Notes: a model not told the origin generated them from the sequence alone. A DNA stretch of 64,000 nucleotides from an uncultured Actinomycetes bacterium (GCA_963742735.1 CAVUMN010000004.1:1-64000), one strand, 5' to 3'. Numbered from the stretch's first letter, positions 19,501 to 29,930 are shown. Made by a program: numbers and translations.

Positions 19501-22007
19501 CACCGACGCCACCGAGACCACACGGTCCTGGAGCGTCGACACCGTGGCGCCCGACACGACGATCGGCTCCGGGCCGACCGGCACGGTGGCGTCCACGGCG
19601 GCCACCCTCGGCTTCAGCTCGCCCGACCCAGACGCGACCTTCCAGTGCAAGCTCGACGACGGCGCGTGGCAGACCTGCACCTCGCCGCGCGCTCTGACCG
19701 GGCTCGCGCAGGGAGCCCACACCTACCGCGTGCGCGCCACCGACGCCGCCGGCAACACCGACGCCACCGAGGCCACGCGCGCGTGGACCGTGGACAGCGT
19801 GGCCCCGACCACGTCGATCGGGTCCGGACCGTCGCCGCTCACGCGCACGAGCTCCGCCACGCTGGCGTTCACCTCGTCGGAGACGGGGTCGACCTTCGAG
19901 TGCAAGCTGGACTCCGCCGGGTGGCAGCCCTGCGATTCGCCGCACACGCTCACGGGACTCTCCGACGGCGCCCACCTGTTCTCGGTGCGCGCGACCGACG
20001 CGGCCGGCAACACCGACGCCACCGAGGCCACGCGCTCCTGGACCGTGGACACGGGCGCGCCCGACACGAGCATCGGGTCCGGCCCGTCGGGGCCCACCGC
20101 CGCCACGTCGGCGAGCATCGGCTTCGCCTCGAGCGAATCCGGCTCCACGTTCGAATGCAAGCTCGACGAGGGCGCATGGCAGACATGCACCTCGCCGCGC
20201 GCCCTCACCGGACTGGCTCAGGGCGCCCACACGTTCCGTGTCCGTGCGACCGATCCCGCCGGGAATGTCGACCCGAGCGAGGCGGTGCGCACCTGGACCG
20301 TCGACACGGTCGCGCCCGACACCACCCTCGAGGTCGGCCCGGCCGGCCCGACCGCGTCGAAGGCCGCCTCGTTCTCGTTCGCGTCCGCGGACCCGGAGGC
20401 CGGCTTCCAGTGCAAGCTCGACGACGGCGCGTGGCAGACCTGCGCCTCGCCGCGCGCTCTCAGCGATCTCGCGGAGGGCTCGCACAGCTTCCGCGTGCGC
20501 GCGGTGGATTCGGCGGGCAACTTCGATGCCAGCGAGGTCGTCCGGACCTGGAGCGTGGACACCCGGGCGCCCGAGACCACGATCGGCAGCGGCCCCACGG
20601 GCCGCTCGGCCACCGCCTCGGCCAGCATCACCTTCTCGTCCAGCGAGCCCGGCTCGGCGTTCGAGTGCAAGCTCGACGACGGCGCCTGGCAGACCTGCGC
20701 CTCGCCGCGCGCCCTCACCGGACTGGCCGACGGCGATCACACCTTCCGGGTGCGCGCGCTCGACACGGCGGGCAATGCCGACCCGACTGAGGCCGTCCGC
20801 ACCTGGACCGTGGACACCCAGGCGCCCGAGACCACGGTCTCGGCCGGGCCGTCCGGTCCCACGGGCAGCACCTCGGCCGACCTCGGCTTCGCCTCGAGCG
20901 AGGCCGGCTCGAGCTTCGAGTGCAGGCTCGACGACGACGGCTGGCAGGTCTGCACGTCGCCGCGTGCTCTGACCGGCCTCGGTCAGGGCTCCCACACCTT
21001 CCGCGTGCGGGCCACCGACGCCGCCGGCAACACCGACCCGAGCGAGGCCGTCCGCACCTGGACCGTCGACACGGTCGCGCCCGCACGACCATCGAGGCGG
21101 GGCCCTCCGGCACCGTGCCCACGAACCGCGCGGACTTCGAGCTCGGCTCGGCGGAGCCCGGCTCCACGTACGAGTGCAAGCTCGACGACGGCGCGTGGGA
21201 GTCGTGTGGATCGCCGCGGAGCCTCACGGGCTCTCCAACGGAGAGCACACCTTCAGCGCCCGTGCCACCGACGCGGCGGGCAACACCGATGCCTCACCGG
21301 CCAGCCGGACCTGGGTGGTCGACGCCGAGCCGCCCGACACCTCGATCACCGCGGGGCCCTCGGGCACCGTGCGCACCACCGGCGCGACCTTCACCTTCGC
21401 CGCGAGCGAGCCCGGCGCGAGCTTCGAGTGCCGGCTGGACGAGGGCGCCTGGGCGGCGTGCGGATCGCCCCGCACCCTCACCGGCCTCTCGTACGGCCGC
21501 CACAGCTTCCACGTGCGCGCCCTCGATCAGATCGGCAACGCGGACGCCTCACACGCCAGCCGGACCTCGACCGTCGAGCGCACCCCGCAGAAGCCGACCC
21601 CGCCGCCGGTCGTCGACCCGCCGCGGCCGCCTGCCGTGCCGTCGCAGAAGCTGATCGCCGCCCAGCTCGGGCGCGACCTCGCCACCACCGCGCGGACGCT
21701 GCGCCGCCTCGGCGCCCGCAAGCTGCGCGCACGGCGGGGCTTCACCGCCACCGGCCTCCGGGCGCTCACCGACGGAGCCTTCTCGGCCAAGCTGACCGCG
21801 CAGGGCCCGGGCGGCGCGATGGTGCTCGGCAAGGGCACCCGCCCGGCGAGCGGCCCGGGAGCACACACGCTCAGGCTGAAGCTCAGCCGCTCCGGCGTGC
21901 GCAGGCTGGCCGCGATGGGTCGCGTGCGGATCAAGCTCGCGCTCGAGTTCCGCGACTCGGCCGGTCGCCGGACGGTCAAGGTCGTTAGCTTGCGCCTCCC
22001 GGGCTAG
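16559..22007 (+). CDS. Giant secreted protein: Ig-like repeat + carbohydrate-binding-like domain + calcineurin-like metallophosphoesterase + 13 tandem Ig-like repeats + basic C-terminal domain (frameshifts ~21085 and ~21230)
   Basis: Signal peptide; FQNGNFE; ADIASC, AGD, PAVGDHEY, YSYDLGSWHIVVLNSNC, YWHHPRWS, SGNDHTYQRF, VVGTGG; repeats PDTxIxxGP..FECKLDDGAWxxCTSP..HTFRVRATDAAGN. Confidence 0.88.
18268..21570 (+). repeat. 13 tandem ~255-bp coding repeats (85-aa Ig-like units with paired Cys)
   Basis: Recurrent ttcgagtgcaagctcgacgacggcgcctgg...tgcacctcgccgcgc at ~255-bp period. Confidence 0.92.
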
Positions 22008-22052
22008 CCGCAGCGCTCACGCCCGCCTCAGCGAGGTTGGAGGCTTCACGGA

Positions 22053-23093
22053 ATGCCACTCGAGCGGATCCTGAGCGAGCGCGAGCTGGGGCGAGCCGTG
22101 CTCGAGCGCCAGTCGCTCCTGACCCGCAGTCGCGGCTCGCTGGCCACCACCGTCGAGCGAATGGGCGGGGTGCAGGCCCAGTACGCGCCGTCGATCTACA
22201 TCGGGCTCTGGTCGCGGGCCGAGGGACTCGAGCGCCGCCAGGTCACGCGCGCGCTCGAGCGGCGGACGCTCGTCCAGGCCACGCTCCTCCGAAACACGAT
22301 CCACGTGGTGTCGCCGGGGGACTACCGGCAGTTCGCGGAGGCCACGGGGGACGGCCGCCGGAGCTCGTGGCTGCGGGCGCGCGCCCACGGCGGCCCGACT
22401 CGCTGGAAGGTCGAGGCAGCGGCCCGGCGGATGCGCGCCGTGCTCGCCGACGGACCGGCCCACCGCAGCGAGTTGATGCCGCTGGTGGACGGTGACACGG
22501 TGCTCTTCAACGGTGCCACGACCTGGCTCGACCTGGTGCGCGTGCCGCCCTCCGGCACATGGGAGCACCGGCGTGCGGACATCTACGCGCTCGCCGAGAC
22601 GTGGCTCGACCGCGAGCAGACGGAGCACCCGCGGCGGCACACCGTCACCCGCTACCTCGGAGCTTTCGGGCCCGCGGCGGTGGCGGACATCGTGAGCTGG
22701 TCGGGGATCCCGCCGGCCCAGCTGAAGCCCGTGCTGGAGAGCATGGAGCTGCGGCGCTTCCGGGACGAGCGCGGCGGCCTGCTGCTCGACCTGCCGCGCA
22801 GGCCGCTTCCCGATCCCTCGACCAAGGCGCCGGTGCGCTTCCTCCCGACCTGGGACGCCGTCCTGCTCGTGCACGCGCGCCGGACCGGCATCCTGCCCGA
22901 GCGCTTCCGCCCGCAGGTGTTCGGCATCAAGACGCCTCAGTCGGTGCCGACCTTCACGGTGGATGGCCAGGTGGCCGGCACCTGGCGCGAGGAGAAGGGC
23001 AAGGTGCGCGTCAAGCCATTCGAGCCGCTGCCGAAGGCGGCACGCCGCGAGGTCGACGAGGAGGCGTCGCGGCTGGCAAAGTTCATCGCATGA
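22053..23093 (+). CDS. HTH_42 / AlkZ-like DNA glycosylase (winged-helix)
   Basis: GGVQAQ (QxQ motif), LWSR, TLLRNTIH, RYLGAFGPA, VRFLPTWD, VDGQVAGTW. Confidence 0.88.
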   Translation: MPLERILSERELGRAVLERQSLLTRSRGSLATTVERMGGVQAQYAPSIYIGLWSRAEGLERRQVTRALERRTLVQATLLRNTIHVVSPGDYRQFAEATGDGRRSSWLRARAHGGPTRWKVEAAARRMRAVLADGPAHRSELMPLVDGDTVLFNGATTWLDLVRVPPSGTWEHRRADIYALAETWLDREQTEHPRRHTVTRYLGAFGPAAVADIVSWSGIPPAQLKPVLESMELRRFRDERGGLLLDLPRRPLPDPSTKAPVRFLPTWDAVLLVHARRTGILPERFRPQVFGIKTPQSVPTFTVDGQVAGTWREEKGKVRVKPFEPLPKAARREVDEEASRLAKFIA

Positions 23094-23503
23094 GCGATTC
23101 ACCCGAGGAGCTCTGCCGGCTCGCCTACGAGCGCTACAGCGCCGGTGAGATCGAGGCGATGCTGGAGCTGTTCCATCCGGAGGTGGAGGTCTACGTGGCC
23201 CCGCCGAACTTCGAGAGCGGCACCTATCGAGGCCACGAGGAGTACCGGCAGCTCCTCGCGCGCTGGGGATCGTCGTGGGACGAGATGCGCACGGAGCCGA
23301 GGGGCCTTACCGTCAGCGGGACCTGGGTGCTCTCGATCGTCGAGTACATCGGGCTCGGAAAGGGCTCGTCCATCGAGGTAACCCAGCGCTCGTACGAGCT
23401 CTCGCACTGGCCAGCGGGCAGCTGCGTGCGCTACGAGGTCTACTGGGACGAGGCCGACGGCCGGTCCGCCTTCTCCAGGCACGCGGCGGAATCAGCGGTC
23501 TAG
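23090..23503 (+). CDS. SnoaL/NTF2-like small protein
   Basis: ATGA overlap; AYERYSAGEIEAMLELFHPEVE..GTYRGHE pattern. Confidence 0.8.
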   Translation: MSDSPEELCRLAYERYSAGEIEAMLELFHPEVEVYVAPPNFESGTYRGHEEYRQLLARWGSSWDEMRTEPRGLTVSGTWVLSIVEYIGLGKGSSIEVTQRSYELSHWPAGSCVRYEVYWDEADGRSAFSRHAAESAV

Positions 23504-23506
23504 CGA

Positions 23507-24363
23507 GTGTCCGGTGCGGCACTCGGGCTCGTGCTGCTCGCGGCGGGTGCCCACGCGCTCTGGAACCTCGTGGCGAAGACGGCGCCGGGCGGCGGCACCG
23601 CGTTCGTCTGGCTGGCGTCGATCTTCGGCGCGTGCGTGCTCGCGCCGCCGGCGCTGGTGCTCATCGCCACCTCGCCGCCCAGCCTCGCCGCCGTGTGGTT
23701 CATGGTCGGATCCGGCGTGCTGCACGCCGTCTACTTCGCGTGCCTGCAGCGCGGCTATCGCGACGGCGACCTGTCGCTCGTCTATCCCCTCGCCCGCGGC
23801 ACGGGGCCACTGCTGGCCACGGTGGCGGCGGTCGTGGTGCTCGGCGAACGGCCGGGCGGACTGGCGCTGGTGGGCGGGGGCGTGGTGGTGGCGGCGATTC
23901 TGTGGCTGGCCGCCCCGGCCGTGCGCGCCGGCGCGCCGGGCACGAGTTGGGCGCTGGCCACCGGCGTGACGATCGCCGCCTACACGCTCTGGGACAAGCA
24001 CGCCGTGGACGGCCTGACGCGTCGCCGATCGTCTACTTCTGGGCCACCGAGGTGGGCATAGTGCTCGTGCTCGCCCCGTTCGTGGCGCATGCGGCGGGTG
24101 GCCCGCGTGCGGCGTTCCTGTCGAGCTGGCGAGTGGACCGCCGCTCGGCCCTGGCGGTGGCGCTCCTGTCGGGGTTCTCGTACATCCTCGTCCTCAACGC
24201 GCTCCAGCTCGCACCGGTGAGCTATGTGGCTCCCGCGCGCGAGTCGAGCGTGCTGGTAGGGGCAGCCCTGGGGGTGGGCGTGCTCGGCGAGGGCGACCGC
24301 CGGCGCCGGCTCGGCTGCGCAGCGGCGATCGTGGTGGGGATCGCCGCGCTGGCGCTGGGGTGA
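23507..24363 (+). CDS. EamA/DMT family transporter (frameshift near 24020)
   Basis: HALWNLVAK, YRDGDLSLVYPLARG, AAYTLWDK, PVSYVAPARESSV. Confidence 0.9.
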
Positions 24364-24407
24364 GTGTTCACTTTGTCCTCCATAGGAGGCGTAACTGAAC
24401 AATCACC
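24359..24407. terminator. Imperfect AT-rich hairpin between convergent genes (possible bidirectional terminator)
   Basis: GGTGA-g-TGTTCA ... CCTCC-ata-GGAGG ... TGAACA-a-TCACC. Confidence 0.4.
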
Positions 24408-24436
24408 TTCGACCCTCACCCAGCCGGGACGAGCGC

Positions 24437-25210
24437 CTACCGCGTAACAGCCCGCCGGTAGCGCGACACCGACAGCGTCGCGAACACGGCGATCAGACCC
24501 AGCGACCAGACGCAGGCCATCCACACGTCGGTGCCCGCCGGAGCCCCCAGCCAGAGCGCCCGGATCGCGTCCACGACCGTGGTGATGGGGTTGGCGTTGG
24601 CGATCGGCTGGAGCCAGCTGGGCATCGAATCGACCGGCACGAAGGCCGACGAAGCGAAGGTGAGCGGGAAGACCGCGATGAAGCCCAGGGCCTGCGCCGA
24701 CTCGGCCGACGATGCGGACAGGCCGAGGTAGGCGAACACCCAGGAGAAGGCGTAGCCGAAGAGGAGCAACAGCCCGACGCCGCCCAGGATCTCGATCACC
24801 CCGTTGTCGAACGAGAAGCCGACGAGGATGCCCACCACGAGCATGATGACCAGCGAGATGACGTTCGTGGCCACGTCGGCGAGCGTGCGTCCGGCGAGTA
24901 CGGCCGAGCGGGCGATCGGAAGGGACCGGAAGCGGTCGATCAGCCCCTTCTTGAGGTCCTCGGCCAGGCCGAGGGCGGTCACGAAGCCTCCGAAGGACAT
25001 CGTCTGCACGATGATCCCGGGCATCAGGAAGTCCACGTAGTCGTAACCCGGCGTGCTAATCGCGCCGCCGAAGACGTAAACGAACAGCAGCACGAACATG
25101 ATCGGCTGCACCGTGAACGAGAGCAGCAGGTCGGGAGCCCGCGGGATCCGCAGCAGGTTGCGGCGCGCCAGCACCATCGTGTCGGACACGGCCATCGCCA
25201 GCGAGCTCAC
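24437..25210 (-). CDS. ABC-2 type exporter permease (DrrB-like)
   Basis: QPIMFVLLFVYVFGGAI, GLIDRFRSLPIARSAVL, SSAFVPVDSMP; GTGA overlap with the ATPase gene. Confidence 0.92.
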   Translation of the reverse strand: MSSLAMAVSDTMVLARRNLLRIPRAPDLLLSFTVQPIMFVLLFVYVFGGAISTPGYDYVDFLMPGIIVQTMSFGGFVTALGLAEDLKKGLIDRFRSLPIARSAVLAGRTLADVATNVISLVIMLVVGILVGFSFDNGVIEILGGVGLLLLFGYAFSWVFAYLGLSASSAESAQALGFIAVFPLTFASSAFVPVDSMPSWLQPIANANPITTVVDAIRALWLGAPAGTDVWMACVWSLGLIAVFATLSVSRYRRAVTR

Positions 25211-26208
25211 GACCGCACCTCCTCGGGCACGCTCTCCGGCTCCTGCTCGACGGCCTCTTCCTCCTCGGCCTCCGCGGCGTGCCCGGTGAGCGCGATGAAC
25301 ACGTCGTCGAGCGTCGGACGGCGGATGACGAGGTCGGCTATCCCCACGCCCGCGTCGTCCAGCTTCCGCACCGCCTCGGCGATGACGCCGCTGCGCCGCG
25401 GCACCCCCATCCGGACGATGCGCCCATCCACCTCGGGCGGCTCCGCGCACATGGGCGACAGGGCAGGCACCGCGGCGGATGCCTGAGAGGGATCCTCCAA
25501 CGTCACCTCGAGCCGCTCGCCGCCGATGCGGGACTTGAGCTCGTCCGACGTGCCCTCGGCGATCACGACTCCCTGGTCGATCACCGCGACGCGGTCGGCC
25601 AGCCTGTCGGCCTCGTCGAGGGTCTGGGTGGTGAGCAGGACGGTGGTGCCCGCCGCCACACGCGCCTCGATCGTCTCGAGGAGGGAGACCCGGCTGCGCG
25701 GGTCGAGGCCGGTGGTGGGCTCGTCGAGGAACAGGACGGGCGGCCGGACCACCAGCGAGGCGGCCAGGTCGAGGCGGCGGCGCATTCCGCCCGAGTACGT
25801 GCGCACGAGGCGATCCTTCGCCTCGTTCAGCTCGAAGCGCTCGAGCAGCTCGTCCGCGCGCTCGCGGGCGGGCTGGCGGCCCAGGTGGTAGAGCCGCCCC
25901 ACCATCTCCAGGTTCTCGAAGCCGCTCAGGTTCTCGTCGACCGCCGCGTACTGGCCCGCGAGGCCGATGTGTGCGCGCAGCGCAGCTGCGTCGCGCACGA
26001 CGTCGAACCCCGCCACGCGCGCGCTGCCGGCATCCGGCTGCAGCAGCGTGGTGAGGATGCGAACGGCGGTCGTCTTGCCGGCGCCGTTGGGGCCGAGCAG
26101 GCCGAGCACGGTGCCGGTCTCCGCGCGGAGGTCCACCCCGCGGAGGGCCTCGACGCTGCCGTACGACTTCCGCAGCCCCTGAGCGTCTATGCCGAGCTCG
26201 TCAGACAC
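25207..26208 (-). CDS. ABC exporter ATP-binding protein (DrrA-like)
   Basis: GPNGAGKT, YSGGMRRRLDLA, LFLDEPTTGLDP, RRPTLDDVF. Confidence 0.95.
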   Translation of the reverse strand: MSDELGIDAQGLRKSYGSVEALRGVDLRAETGTVLGLLGPNGAGKTTAVRILTTLLQPDAGSARVAGFDVVRDAAALRAHIGLAGQYAAVDENLSGFENLEMVGRLYHLGRQPARERADELLERFELNEAKDRLVRTYSGGMRRRLDLAASLVVRPPVLFLDEPTTGLDPRSRVSLLETIEARVAAGTTVLLTTQTLDEADRLADRVAVIDQGVVIAEGTSDELKSRIGGERLEVTLEDPSQASAAVPALSPMCAEPPEVDGRIVRMGVPRRSGVIAEAVRKLDDAGVGIADLVIRRPTLDDVFIALTGHAAEAEEEEAVEQEPESVPEEVRS

Positions 26209-26255
26209 TCGCGACCACGCTAGCGATCGCCGGCGCGCCGCGATGTGCGTGAGCG

Positions 26256-26576
26256 CTAGTGCAGGCGACGGCGCACCCGTGCGAGCCGGCCCGCGCGCTC
26301 GCGGTCACGCTCGTGGAGCTGATCGCGCCGCAGCTCGAGCAGTGCCACCAGCTCGGCGGTCGGCTCGAACGGGTCGGCGATCGGCCGGCCCGAGCCGAGC
26401 GGCAGGGCGGCCAGCACGCGCGTGCCCGCCTCCGCCACCAGGGCCGCGCCGCGAAGCCGGGGGGCGCTGTCGAGCGACGCGAGACGCGCAAGCGCACGCT
26501 CGTCGTCGACACCCGCGTGGCGCACCGTCACGTTGGCGAGCGCGAGCTTGGGTGTGGCGGCAGTGGTGCGAAACAT
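26256..26576 (-). CDS. Small hypothetical protein (LARLASLDS...ADPFEPTA motif)
   Basis: Strong RBS GGAAGGAGG upstream; divergent from the MocR gene. Confidence 0.75.
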   Translation of the reverse strand: MFRTTAATPKLALANVTVRHAGVDDERALARLASLDSAPRLRGAALVAEAGTRVLAALPLGSGRPIADPFEPTAELVALLELRRDQLHERDRERAGRLARVRRRLH

Positions 26577-26600
26577 TTGCGGCCTCCTTCCGGCCAGGAC

Positions 26601-26663
26601 CTAGGGTGTACTACAACGCTCTCTTAGTGTACGATGCACAAAGCGCCTTTCTATGTCCTACAA
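26601..26663. promoter_or_regulatory. Divergent promoter region with repeated motifs (candidate MocR operator)
   Basis: GTGTAC at 26606 and 26627 (21-bp spacing); TGTACTACAA (26607) vs TGTCCTACAA (26654); lower GC. Confidence 0.4.
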
Positions 26664-28152
26664 GATGAACTTGTCCGACCTCAAGCGCGACAGCGGAACA
26701 TCGCTGACGCAGCAGCTGGTGGATCGCTTCGTGGCGGCCATCGAAGCCGGGGAGCTGCCGCCGGGCGAGAAGCTGCCCCCCACGCGCCGGCTGGCGGAGG
26801 AGGTGGGCGTGAACCACCTGACGGCCGCGCGCGTGTACCGGAAGCTCGCCGAGCTCGGCTACGTGTCCGCCAGCGTCGGGCGCGGCACCTTCGTCCGCTC
26901 GCTCGCTCCCGCGGGCAGCACAGAGCTGGGCGACGACTGGCAGGTGTACGCGCTCCCGGAGCGGGAGATCGCCTACCCCGAGCAGGTGCTTGCCGACGCG
27001 TTCTCGGTGGACGAGCCGGGGATGCTCTCGCTGGCCACGGGCTGGCCCAACCCGAGCACCTACCCGGTGGAGGAGCTGGGCTCCATCGCCGCCGACGTGT
27101 TCGCGGACGAGGGCGAGAACGTGCTGTCCTGGCTCCCCGCCGAGGGCCTCTACGGGCTGCGCGAGCAGCTGGCCGAGCGCGGGCGGCGCTTCGGGTTCGC
27201 CACCGAGGCCGAGGAGCTCGTGGTCACCTCCGGCGCCCAGCAGGGCCTGCGCCTGGTGGCCGAGGCGACGCTCGAGGAGGGCGACGTGGCGGTGGTGGAG
27301 TCGCCGAGCTTCATCGGGATGATCGGCTCGCTGAGAGCCACCGGCGCGAGGGTCATCGGCGTGCCCGTGGACGAGCACGGCCTGGACGTGGATGCGCTCG
27401 AGCGCCTGCTCACCCGCCACGAGGTCAAGCTGGTGGCCCTCCAGACCGCCTCCCACAACCCGACCGGGTGCGATCTCGCGCCCGACAGGGCCCGGCGGCT
27501 GGCCGAGCTGGCGATGGAGCGCAACTTCTTCGTGCTCGAGGACCAGGTCTACGCCGACACGCGGCTCGAGGGCGAGCGGCCACGATCGGTACGCGAGCTT
27601 GCCCCGGCGCACGTGATCCACGTGAGCTCGCTCTCGAAGGTTGTCGGCCCGGGCCTGCGTGTGGGCTGGGTGGCGGCGCGCGGCCCGATCAACGAGCGCA
27701 TAGCAATGGCGAAGCTGCTGGCCGACTTCCAGACGTCCACGCTCACCCAGCACATGGCGGCGCGCTGGCTCGCCTCAGGCGCCCACGACCGCCACGAGAA
27801 GAAGACCGTGCCGTTCTACCGCGCGCGCCGCGACGCGCTGATGGAGGCGCTCGAGCGCCACCTGCCCGGCGAATACCGGGCGGAGTCGCCGAAGGGCGGC
27901 CATCACGTATGGGTCACGCTCACGCGGCCGCTCGATGAGCGCGCGCTCTACTCGGAGGCGGCGCGGCACGGAGTCACGTTCACCCCGGGTGGAGCGGTCA
28001 CTCCGGAGCGCCGCTCGCAGACCGCGTTCCGGCTCTCCTACCCGCTGCTGACGCCGGAGGAGCTCGACGAGGGCGTGCGGCGCCTGGCCCGCGCCATCCG
28101 CGAGGTCCGCCGGCGGGCGCGCCACTCGGTGGCGGCCGCGCCGATCTCCTGA
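26653..28152 (+). CDS. MocR/GabR family regulator (GntR HTH + PLP aminotransferase domain)
   Basis: GEKLPPTRRLA..VGRGTFV; VTSGAQQG, HNPTG, EDQVY, SLSKVVGPGLRVGW. Confidence 0.95.
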   Translation: MSYKMNLSDLKRDSGTSLTQQLVDRFVAAIEAGELPPGEKLPPTRRLAEEVGVNHLTAARVYRKLAELGYVSASVGRGTFVRSLAPAGSTELGDDWQVYALPEREIAYPEQVLADAFSVDEPGMLSLATGWPNPSTYPVEELGSIAADVFADEGENVLSWLPAEGLYGLREQLAERGRRFGFATEAEELVVTSGAQQGLRLVAEATLEEGDVAVVESPSFIGMIGSLRATGARVIGVPVDEHGLDVDALERLLTRHEVKLVALQTASHNPTGCDLAPDRARRLAELAMERNFFVLEDQVYADTRLEGERPRSVRELAPAHVIHVSSLSKVVGPGLRVGWVAARGPINERIAMAKLLADFQTSTLTQHMAARWLASGAHDRHEKKTVPFYRARRDALMEALERHLPGEYRAESPKGGHHVWVTLTRPLDERALYSEAARHGVTFTPGGAVTPERRSQTAFRLSYPLLTPEELDEGVRRLARAIREVRRRARHSVAAAPIS

Positions 28153-28164
28153 GCACCCGCCGAT

Positions 28165-28641
28165 TCAGGCGCCGGTGGTCCGTCGCCACACCTCGCCGAG
28201 CCAGCGCAGCTCGTCCTCGGAGAGGTGGTTCAGGAAGCGCCGGCGTACGCCCTCCAGGTGCGTGGCCCGGGCGCGGTCGAACAGCGCGCGGCCGCGCTGG
28301 GTGATCGCCGCGTAGGACCCGCGGCGGTCGCTGGGGCAGCTCTCCCGCCGCAGCAGCTGCTGACGCTCGAGGCGGTCCACCAGGCGCGTGAGCCCGCTGC
28401 GGCTGAGCAGCACCGAGTCGGCCAGCTCCGACATGCGCAGGCGCCCGTCCGGCGAGTCGGCCAGGTAGAGCAGCACCTCGTACGAGGTGAGCGGCAGACC
28501 GTGGGCGCTCACCAGGTCGGTGTCGAGCGCCCGTGTCAGGCGCGAGTGGGCGCGGAAGAGGCCGCGCCAGGCGGCCAGCTCGTCCTCGTCGAGGAGGCGC
28601 GCCGGAAGGGTTGCGGTTGCGGTGCGATCGCTTGCCTCCAC
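28165..28641 (-). CDS. MarR family transcriptional regulator
   Basis: YEVLLYL..LRMSELADSVLLSRSGLTRLVDRLE..DRRG. Confidence 0.95.
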   Translation of the reverse strand: MEASDRTATATLPARLLDEDELAAWRGLFRAHSRLTRALDTDLVSAHGLPLTSYEVLLYLADSPDGRLRMSELADSVLLSRSGLTRLVDRLERQQLLRRESCPSDRRGSYAAITQRGRALFDRARATHLEGVRRRFLNHLSEDELRWLGEVWRRTTGA

Positions 28642-28682
28642 GGCTGTCGAGTCTAGTCCGGCGGGCGAGCCCGTGCCGGGCG

Positions 28683-29276
28683 TCAGCGCCCGCCGCCGAA
28701 GAGCCGGCGCAGCCGGTCCATCAGCACGCCGAAGAAGAGCGAGAAGCCGCTCACCGGCTTCGCGGGAGTGGGCGTCTGCGGGTCCGGCGAAGGAGCGGCG
28801 GGCACCGCTTCGCGACTCGACTCGTCCGACTCGATCGAGCTCTGGAGACAGCTCGAGAAGTCGCGCAGCAGGCGGTTCGAGACATCCTGGATCATCCCGC
28901 CGCGCCCGAAGCGGGCGAGGCGCCCGGTGAGCGTGAAGTCCGTCTCCACATCGACCTTCGTGGTGTCTCCCTGCGAGCTCATCACACTCACGATGCTCGC
29001 CTTGGCGGTGCCCTGGCCGCGCTTGTCCTGCCCGCTCGCGCGCATGACCACGCGCCGCGCCGCCTCGTCCACCTCCTCCATGTGCAGTTGGCCGCGGTAG
29101 GACGCGGTGGTGGGCCCGAGCTTCACGGTGAAGCTGCCGCGGTAGGTGCCGTCGTCATCCGAGTCCGGGTCGATCTCCGCCCCGGGCAGGCACGGGGCCA
29201 CCCGGCGCACGTCGATCAGCGCCTCCCAGACGCGCTCAAGAGGAGCGGCCACCTCGAACGACTGCTCGAGCTTCAC
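28683..29276 (-). CDS. coxG: CoxG/SRPBCC family protein
   Basis: LEQSFEVAAP..VAPCLPGA..VKLGP..GRLARFGRG; cox cluster context. Confidence 0.85.
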   Translation of the reverse strand: MKLEQSFEVAAPLERVWEALIDVRRVAPCLPGAEIDPDSDDDGTYRGSFTVKLGPTTASYRGQLHMEEVDEAARRVVMRASGQDKRGQGTAKASIVSVMSSQGDTTKVDVETDFTLTGRLARFGRGGMIQDVSNRLLRDFSSCLQSSIESDESSREAVPAAPSPDPQTPTPAKPVSGFSLFFGVLMDRLRRLFGGGR

Positions 29277-29278
29277 GC

Positions 29279-29866
29279 CTACGCTCCCGACGCCGGGAGG
29301 GACGCGTGACGGAGTGCGTCCAGCTGCTCCGGCGTATCCACGTCCTCGCCACCGCCCAGGTCGTCGCAGGCCACGTCCAGGCTCGCGATGCTGCGGAGCA
29401 GGTTGCGTGCCCCGTGATCTCCGGTCACGTCGCGCAGCCGGACGAGGAGGTCGCGCTCCAGGACCACCGGATGACCCGGAGTGCCGCCATAGGTCGCCCG
29501 GACCGCCGCCGCAGCGCCGCGGGCGCTCACGACCCGCTTGATCGCCTCCGGCGAGAGTCGCGGCAAATCGCCCAGCGTGACCACCACCGCATCGCAGTCG
29601 GACAGCGCGGCGAGGCCGCAGGCGAGCGAGGCCGACTGACCCTCCTGCCAGCGCTCGCACACGACGGGCCTGATCCCGTGCAGGTCGACCGTGCGCACCA
29701 CCTCCTCGGCCTCGGCCCCGAGCACCACCACCGCCCGGTCCACCGGGGCGAGCGACATGGTCAGCAGGGAATGCTCGAGGAGCGGGCGGCCCTGGAGGTC
29801 GGCGAGCTGCTTGGCGCTCCCGAAGCGGGTCGCGCCACCCGCGGCGAGCACGAGACCACCGATCAC
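29279..29866 (-). CDS. Molybdenum cofactor cytidylyltransferase-like nucleotidyltransferase (MocA-like)
   Basis: LVLAAGGATRFGSAKQL, GQSASL, LGDLP, GHPV, GDHGAR, DVDTPE. Confidence 0.88.
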   Translation of the reverse strand: MIGGLVLAAGGATRFGSAKQLADLQGRPLLEHSLLTMSLAPVDRAVVVLGAEAEEVVRTVDLHGIRPVVCERWQEGQSASLACGLAALSDCDAVVVTLGDLPRLSPEAIKRVVSARGAAAAVRATYGGTPGHPVVLERDLLVRLRDVTGDHGARNLLRSIASLDVACDDLGGGEDVDTPEQLDALRHASLPASGA

Positions 29867-29930
29867 GCGCGAACCTCGCCCATGGTCGACAGCATGCCCG
29901 CCGACCCGCGATCCGAAGCGCGAGCCGGCG

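Noticed and set aside
18268-21570. Regular long repeats as a CRISPR array
   Set aside because: The 255-bp in-frame coding units have no unique spacers, and no cas genes are present
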